A stretch of 63,527 nucleotides of DNA, the filler included, from Fonticula-like sp. SCN 57-25 (Eukaryota): NCBI GenBank assembly GCA_001724245.1. It is 3 parts of 3 records of this genome, joined end to end, with 100 filler letters (N's around TTAATTAATTAA, not from the genome) between each part and the next. Parts side by side here need not be neighbours in the genome. Positions count along the whole stretch, not along the records: positions 43,890 to 63,527 come from MEDX01000095.1; 2 more parts are not named here. One strand, given 5' to 3'. A program made the translations under genes and the position numbers. How positions within the stretch are numbered: the first letter of the stretch is position 1; every line of letters begins with the position of its first letter. Below are positions 56,302-63,527 of this stretch, piece by piece. The notes beneath the pieces are model-generated. The model ran no database searches, was not told the origin of the DNA, and saw only the letters and a program-made list of their open reading frames with translations.

Positions 56302-59208
56302 ATGGCGAGTCTAGAGACTGCGAAGAGGACGCCCTTGTCAACGCGGAGGACAGATGGGAGCAAGCGAGCGCGAACGATGAGCTGCGAAGAACAGCTCAAG
56401 ATGGGCCGCGAGTTGGCTCTTGACAACAAGTGGGACGAGGCATTCAATGTGCTCAGCATCGACAGCAAGGACAGCTTTATTTCAGTGCGCAACTATTTTC
56501 ACCGCGATGGTCTTCTCATAAAGTCTGGTTGTAGGGCGAATACCATTACTACAAAGGCATTGCGGCGCTGCGCTGCGGGTACTACTCGATGGTGACAGAC
56601 CAATTCCGCAAGGCGGTGACCTTGCAGTCACCATTCACACGGCAGCTTCAGTGCATTTATCTTTGGGCTTTGCACGAAATCAGCCATGGAGATCTGCAAA
56701 GGGCTCTCGCAGTACGCTTAACAGCTCGGCTTAATGCGTATACTCACTGTATGGTGCAGCTGCTGTCCAAGTTGCACCAAGCCTTCCGCCCGAGCCCGCT
56801 GATCCCGTGGCTTTCAAACGCTCTTATCATCAAGACCCAGGCAGAAGTTTTGGTAAAGCAACACGAGGTGCGCTCTATATAGCGCCTATACTTGTGTCTG
56901 ATACTAGTAGACCCGGGCAGCGCAAGCGCTGGTGGAACGGGAAATCGAGCTGACATTGCCCGCCTCGCTGGACAACCTTTCTGCTCTTTTATTTGCTCTT
57001 CGCGATGTGGTTCAAAAGTCGGACTGGGCAGGTTTCGATGCAAAGCGACTTTCTTATCTTGAGGCACTCGAGGCGGTATTGCTTCCCGGTGCGTGTTTGC
57101 GTTTTCGCTTGATCGTGCTCATTCGCAGTTGGCATCGTAGACCACGCTCTCAATCACGAGCGGTTGGCAACACTCGCCGACGTGATGGATGACCTAGACA
57201 CGGGCGCCGCTGCCCGCGTTGTGCGCGCTGCAGGCGCCCTTTCGCCGTCTCCCTATCCGTCGCTCTGGGCCACTAGCGCCGACATGGAAACCACGCCGAT
57301 TCTCCTATTCAGCATGGATGAGGAGGAGAGCAGGCAATTTGACTGGGCTTGCGATGAGGACGATATGGATACGAGTGAGGCGCCTTCCCCTACAACGCTG
57401 TCGCACATCGAACCGCCTGCACCGCCACCGGCCGCCTTGGACGTCTCTCCGCCAAAATCGCCGTCTTTAAAGAAGCGTAGCCGGTCATCGAAAGGGCCAA
57501 CGCCACCACGCAATGCCTCTGCCAAAGAGGCGCCCAGGGACGATGCTCCTCCGCATGCCAGCGCTGTGCACGCCGCCGGCGTCATGGGGGCGATGCGCTC
57601 TGTCGTTGATCGGAAGCCGCTGATTGGCAAAGGCGCAGCGAGGGTGCCGCAGATGCCGCCCGCCGGCTGCGACCCGCTCACCGAGAGCGAGGCATGGGCG
57701 TGGGGCCTTTCCGGCGGCTGCTTTGTCGGCGCACCAACGTTTGACCTTTCGTCGAATATGCCAAGCCTAGTCACCAAGGCATTTGAGTTTTGTTTGGCGG
57801 AGCCTATATCTGTTGTGCGAGGTGTTTTAGAGGCGTGCGACATTGATTCGTCGCTCTTTTTGTCGGGCAAGATTGCAAAGCAAGGCGGCTCCAAGATGGT
57901 GGAGGTGCGGCGCCAAACAGTTTACGATGAGGAGGACTGGCACTGCACTTCGCAGGTGTCGCACGTTTCGGTGAAGGAGTACGTTGCATATCAGACAATG
58001 ATGCACGAGCGCCAGCTGCAAGGGCTACCGCTTGTTGCAAATGAAAAGGCGGATCTCATTGATTTTGCCACCAATTTGGATTTGGATGCCAAGGTATGGA
58101 CGCCACAGAATGAGCAACTACGCAAGCTGCCGCCATTTTTGCGGCCCGGCGACCCCGACGGAATGCTTGGCCAGTATGAGCACAATATCCTCGGCCTGAA
58201 CTGCGCGCAAATGTACATGAAAGTAAGCGGGTGCCGCACACCAGGTACGCGCTGTGCCCCACCACTGGATATTTGTTAACCTGTGTTGGCCGAGTAGCGC
58301 ACCAGGAGAACAACGACTTGTGCTCGGTTAATATCAACCTGGGTCCGGGCGATTGCGAGTGGTACGGCGTTGATGCAAAGTACGTGCGGCAACTCGAGGC
58401 ACTTTGCGCACGGTACGCGTCATTTGGTCCACGCTTTGTTTACTCATGGATCGAGCGCAGGTATGGGCACGAGTTTACGAGCGGCAGCTGGTGGCCAACG
58501 GAGAGGGACCTGATGCAGGAGCAAATTACGGTTACTCGATTCACGCAGCGTCCTGGGGAAGTTGTCTACGTCAATATGGGCACGATTCACTGGGTAAAGG
58601 CGCTAGGTGCTACCAACAACGTGGCATGGAATATGGCGCCCTGCGATCCGCACATGTATGGCATGGCGGTGGCGCGCTTCCACCTGAACCTCAAGATCGG
58701 GTTCCAGTCGGTGATGCCCATTGTCGCACTATCGTGGCGCCTCCTCGCCCCGCAATCGCCCGTGATGAACGACCCTCGTGTGCTCGTGCGCGTTAGAGCT
58801 TTCTGCGAGAATGGTCTTGAGAAGGAGCGCCGAATTTGGGCCGAATGCCAACGCCGCCAAGTTCCATACGTTATGGCAACAAAGTCGGCGGCCGCGGCTG
58901 AGGCACTCTACTGCAACCGGTGCCTTTGCGAAATGTACGCGGTCGTCTTTGTCTCGAGCCAGGAATCCACGCAAAAGAAGGAATCACACGCAGTCTGCTA
59001 CAAGTGCTCACAAAGGACTTTCCGCCAAGGAGATACACTGGCTGTTGTGCGTCGCCAGATTGCGGATCTGGAAGATATCTTGGTGGGTGCTGACTCGAGG
59101 CTGGATGAGTTGGCCCGAGCGAGCATGGCGCTGAGCACGCCTCTGCTGAAAGACGAATCCATTCCTGGCGAAATTGAGCCTCACTTATCAGGCCCGCCGT
59201 ATGTTTAG
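56302..59208 (+). CDS. KDM6: KDM6/UTX-like JmjC histone demethylase (TPR-like N-terminus, JmjC, C-terminal zinc finger; about 7 exons)
   Basis: FATNLDL, QMYMKVSGCRTP|AHQENNDLCSVNINLGPGDCEWYGV, RFTQRPGEVVYVNMGTIHWVKALG..NNVAWN, and YCNRC..CYKC. Confidence 0.88.
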
Positions 59209-59359
59209 GTTGTATGCATATTATTCTTTTATCAACGGTAGTAGCTGTATACGCCTTTGATGGCTCTTTTGTGGCATTGTGTGGACCGTTATCAAGGGGC
59301 GTCGCTGTAAATATATATAACATTGGCATTGTATATCAACTTTATTTAACACCAGAATT

Positions 59360-61334
59360 CTAGTTTGCCGCAAAGAGGTCCACTGCAGCGTCGCGTTCCG
59401 TGGCGGCAACGAGAAGGTTGGCGTCAGGGATCCATGCAAGCTCGGTGAATACTGACGAACTTGTCTTTTCTCCAGATGCGTCCACAGTGTCTTGTGTGAG
59501 TGCGCGCGCGAGACGGAGACCTCCCACAGCCGGCGACCAACACAGATCCCCCGCGTCGCCTACGAAAATGGCCTTTGATACTCCCTGAGGAACGTAGAAC
59601 TCGCGCACAATTCCGCGGCCCGTTGGCTCGGGCGGCGGAGCCGAACCGAGCGGGGCCATGCGCATGTCCCACAAAACGACCCCTGAGTCAACATTGCCTG
59701 CAAGAAAGAGCGTCCCGCGAACATCCAGGCTGTTGATCATGGCTGCCGCGGCACTCGCGGGCCGGTGCAGCTTGAGTGCCACGCGCGATTGCCGTACATC
59801 CCAGATGGAGACAGTGCCGTCCGAGGAGCCCGCAGCAAACGAGTCCGTCAGCGCCGAATTCGTAGGAAGCGCCTTGAGAACCGTCGTCATGGTCTCTGTG
59901 TTGAATGTACGCAGCGGTGCAGATTCCCGTGAACCGATGGCTGCGCTGTCAAACAAGACGACGCGGTGCATGCGCGCCTTTGGTGAGGACTCTGAGATGA
60001 TGACCTTGCGGCGGCCGTCCGACGGGAGCACCTGCACAGAGAGGAGCGCCTTTGCTTCCTTGCGTGGAATTAGCCCGCGGATGGACGGTGTGCTCGATGT
60101 GTCGGTCTCTGTGGGGACGTCCATCAGGAGAAGCGAAGACGACCCGCCCACGCCAAGCTCCTTTGTAGCAACCGCCATCATCCCGCCGTCGTCAAGCGTG
60201 TCCGCCGACGTGGCATAACACCCCGGCAGTTTGCCGCTATACACTTCCTAAAGCGCAAGGAGTGAGCTGTACGCATAAAGTGGGCCTGCGGTTAGAGGAC
60301 GCACCTGGCCCGACGTGGTCCAGGTCTGCAGATTCCCGTCACGCGCCATCGTCACGATGTGCCTGTGTCGTTGCGAGTACACGGCCACATAGACAGTCTC
60401 CTTGTGAGAAACAAGCGACTTGACACAATGCAAAGAGCTAATATTGGTCGGAGAGGCAAACGAAGGCGGAGGTGCAGCACGGGAACGCCGCCCGATGCGA
60501 ACCAGAGCAAACTCTACGTCGTGCCGAAGGCTTTCTTCGGTGAACTAAAACAGAATGAGTCAAGAGCTGATGCAAGGTAATGCGTACCGAGCCAAGAACG
60601 TCAAGGAACTCCTCAGTGACGCTGGGTTCGTTGAGCTTGTCAAACAAGCCGGGAACAAACTCGAGCGTGCGACAGAGAATTGTGACGGCAGCCAGCCTGG
60701 TTTCGACCTTTCGTAATAATGAGAGAATAGTGCGAACAGCGCCCGACAACGACACATAGTCCATCCTTACAAGGCCAGCGAAAGCGTCCGCGTGGAGGTA
60801 CACGCTTGCACGATCCGCGTCAACCGACCGCGGTACGGTCAGATGCTTGACAATTGCAGGAACAAAGTTTTCACGAACGCGTCCTTTGAACGGCTCGGGA
60901 AGTCTGCGCAATTACAAGTAAAATTAGAGATAGCAGAAGGAGTGTGGGTGCCACGAACCGTGGTAGTAGGAGAAGGAACGGCTGCACTGTTTGAAGCTCG
61001 GCTAGCACCTTGGGAGAGAAAGCAACCGCATTGAATGCAGCAAGAAAGTCGTCCACGACTTCCTCCATAGGTGCGCCGGTTGTCATCGTGGCCAGAACCT
61101 GCTCAATTTGCTGCACCACTGCGTCCAGAGACTCGCCCCTATTAGACATGTGAGCCATAGGCCCCTGCAAATGGCGCGTGCGCACCTCCCATGCAGGGCA
61201 GAGATGATGTTTTGGAAGAGCCGACGCGTGTCCTTGGGCCGTATCTGCGACGTGATCTGGTGCAGGATGGCGAAGAGATCCCTCGCGAGAGGGATCTCTT
61301 CGGGAGAAATGTCTACTTCGATTGCGATTCGCAT
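59360..61334 (-). CDS. Uncharacterised protein with helical N-terminal region and C-terminal WD40 repeats (multi-exon)
   Basis: WD repeats SHKETV..RDGNLQTW, AAGSSDGTVSIWDVR and AGNVDSGVVLWDMR. N-terminus is MRIAIEVDISPEEIPLA. Exon joins are only partly resolved. Confidence 0.6.
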
Positions 61335-61572
61335 CGCAGCCGACCTATTCGCTACACCTTGACGAAACAAAGGCGGCAATCCGGATGAAAAGGTTAGAAA
61401 AAGGGCGCGAAATCGAAACCACTCGGTTACCAACTTGCCCTCGGTGAATCCCGCCAACCGCGTCTACTGCACCGTCTGCGCAGCCACAAGGACAGAGCGT
61501 ACAAGGGCCTGAAGCAATTCTTTTCCCCCTTTTCTCTCTTCTACTCAGACTATCCAAAGGTATTGGCTGAGG

Positions 61573-62242
61573 ATGGCGACGACGCTGGAGGAACTGGAGC
61601 TGCCGAAAGCGGCCGTACTCCGGATCGCAAAGACCAAGGTATGCCGCGCCGTTCAGCGGCACACGCATGACTGCCGCCCCACTTTGTACTAAACATGCGG
61701 GTCGTGCGTTTTCGCCTTTCTTGCAGCTTCCAGATGCAGTGCAGATCGCCAAGGACGCGCGTACGGCGCTCTCCCAGTCAACGACTGTTTTTGTGAGCTA
61801 CTTGTCGGCGACGTATGGCACATAGTTTCTCGCCCGAACTCGGCAGTCGCGTTGACACTAACTATTGCTTTCTTTGCCAGGGCGCTTGACATTGCGCACA
61901 CAAACCGCCAAAAATCAGTCACGGTTGACAATGTGCTGCAGGCACTCGAGGAAATGGACTTTGCAGGCTTTGTGGAACTTATCCGCGAACACCGGCAACA
62001 GCGTGCGTACTTTGCTCATCTGGCTTTGTTGCGTATATCGACTCAATTCCTCTTTTCCAGTGCAAGCTCAGAAGAAGGCCAAGGCTCGTAGAAAGGTCAA
62101 GTCGACCAAGGAAGGGGATGCGACCGAAGCGGATCCTGCCGCTGGCGCGCGCGACGAGGAGAACGCTAGTGATGACGAAAACGACGCTGCAGATGAGGAG
62201 GAGCCGCCAGTGTCGCCAAGCAAGCGCCCGCGCAGCAGCTGA
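61573..62242 (+). CDS. POLE3: Histone-fold protein POLE3/Dpb4/CHRAC17 (4 exons)
   Basis: Spliced ELELPKAAVLRIAKTK|LPDAVQIAKDARTALSQSTTVFVSYLSA..VTVDNVLQALEEMDF with an acidic tail. Confidence 0.85.
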
Positions 62243-62553
62243 GCTTGCAGTGGACACTTTTGTATACACTTTTTTGTATCATTAGGTGGTTGTGTGCAGA
62301 TCTCCGTCAACGACAATGCACCGTGAACCGCATAATCTCCGTGAGACGAAAGGCATGTGCTCGCTCATTGCGGCATCGCATAGACGAAGCAAAACTTTTT
62401 ACGACTAGAAAGAGGCCGGTTGGGGCAATAAAGAGGTACGATGACTGGGAGACCGACATGCATTCTATGCCCATGAGAACAGCGACAACACTCGGTAGAC
62501 GAATAAAAAAGACATAAAATGGCAAAGAGACAAGGAAAAAATAAAACCATTGT

Positions 62554-63120
62554 TTAGATGACTGTCTTGCGGTCAGTGAGAACGCGAATAATGCCGCCCT
62601 GGCCTTCAACCTCGAGAACCTAGCGGAGAAATGAACAAAAAAAAAATAAAGGAGCAAAATAACGCACCCGCTCGTGCCACGCCAAAAGAACGGCATGGGG
62701 CGCAGACTCGTCCAGCATACCAGCGTAAATGTACTGGAAGAGCGTGTGGCGCTGGTTCTGGTCGAGCCCCTTGACAACCGACGCAATGTCGGCGTTCTTC
62801 ACGCTTGTCAGGGCCGAGATCACGGTGGCGACATTGCGGTCCTTGGCGGTCTTGGGAGCGTTAACCCCAGCGCGGCCTTGTGACAACGCGGACACCTCTT
62901 TGCTGCCGACCGGCGGATTCTCCAGCGCCGCGGCAATAGCACCAACGGTGTCGCCCTTGCTCACAAGCTGCGAGACAGTCTTGGCACGCTGCGCCACAGC
63001 GGCATCCTCATTGACGCCCGAGTCATCGTCAACATACCGATTCTCGTCAAAGGCGTCAACGTCAATCTTGCGGTAAGCAGAGCTGCCGCCCACCTCGGCC
63101 TTCTTCGCCATAGACGCCAT
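62554..63120 (-). CDS. ARPC5: Arp2/3 complex subunit 5 (p16-Arc; 3 exons)
   Basis: YRKIDVDAFDE, ALENPP, LFQYIYAGM and LLAWHE|..GGIIRVLTDRKTV. Confidence 0.93.
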
Positions 63121-63527
63121 GACGCAGGATCCTCTTTTTCTTCTTTCCCTCGGACGAACGAACAAAGAAAAACACAAAACAGAAAAATGACCAATTTGTC
63201 AATTTGTGGAGAAGCGATCCGATTGGTGGATTTTGAAAGTACAATCACGGGCATTTTTATGATGGGCTTTGGGTATGGATCCACCCAAGGCTCTACTCTG
63301 ATATAGTACGGATACCAGAAATAATGGAGAACAAGTGTATTAATTGTGTTTGTTAATTCACGTATTGTCCTGTCTCTTAGCATCCCAGTTTGTATTGACA
63401 AATAACAGAAACCGCAATAATTACAAAATGCGCTCTCCAAAACAATGCGACAAAGTGCAAGCTACTTTCTAGCTGCGCGAATGGCTTCAATGGCAACCTC
63501 ATTATGAATAGCTCCATTGTCGACAAG

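Noticed and set aside
1-63527. Alternative genetic code, selenocysteine readthrough, U12 (AT-AC/GTATCC) introns, tRNA/rRNA, CRISPR arrays, transposons
   Set aside because: Conserved genes end at TAA, TAG or TGA normally, with no in-frame stops after splicing. I recognised no U12 donor, cloverleaf, repeat-spacer array or transposase by eye. Small ncRNAs could have been missed without a covariance-model search.

Overview
This window is compact, GC-rich, intron-containing eukaryotic nuclear DNA with about 36 protein-coding genes and very short intergenic spacers. It consists of three contig pieces joined by two artificial 100-nt spacers (N..TTAATTAATTAA..N). My inference is that the organism is an early-branching holomycotan opisthokont, possibly a nucleariid-like amoeba. 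Dynein, NOG1 and the MIT-domain protein read as fungus-like, yet the window also carries genes typical of animals and protists (a KDM6/UTX-like demethylase, PrimPol, and a myosin with a class VII/X-like head). I reconstructed exon structures by hand, so starts and splice points are best estimates. I found no tRNA, rRNA, CRISPR array or transposon. The most notable observations are: (1) a type II-like PKA regulatory subunit whose dimerisation/docking domain is replaced by an N-terminal membrane signal-anchor; (2) a myosin with a SAH lever and a tail of espin/villin-headpiece-like [LE]P[PA]WK[RQ] motifs; (3) a secreted protein fusing a prokaryote-type DNRLRE-like domain to EGF and one-exon-per-repeat Cys modules; (4) 5' splice sites that are almost all GTRYG, with no +4 A in any intron I rebuilt, plus recurrent AAG acceptors; (5) a TPR-JmjC-zinc finger KDM6/UTX-like gene.
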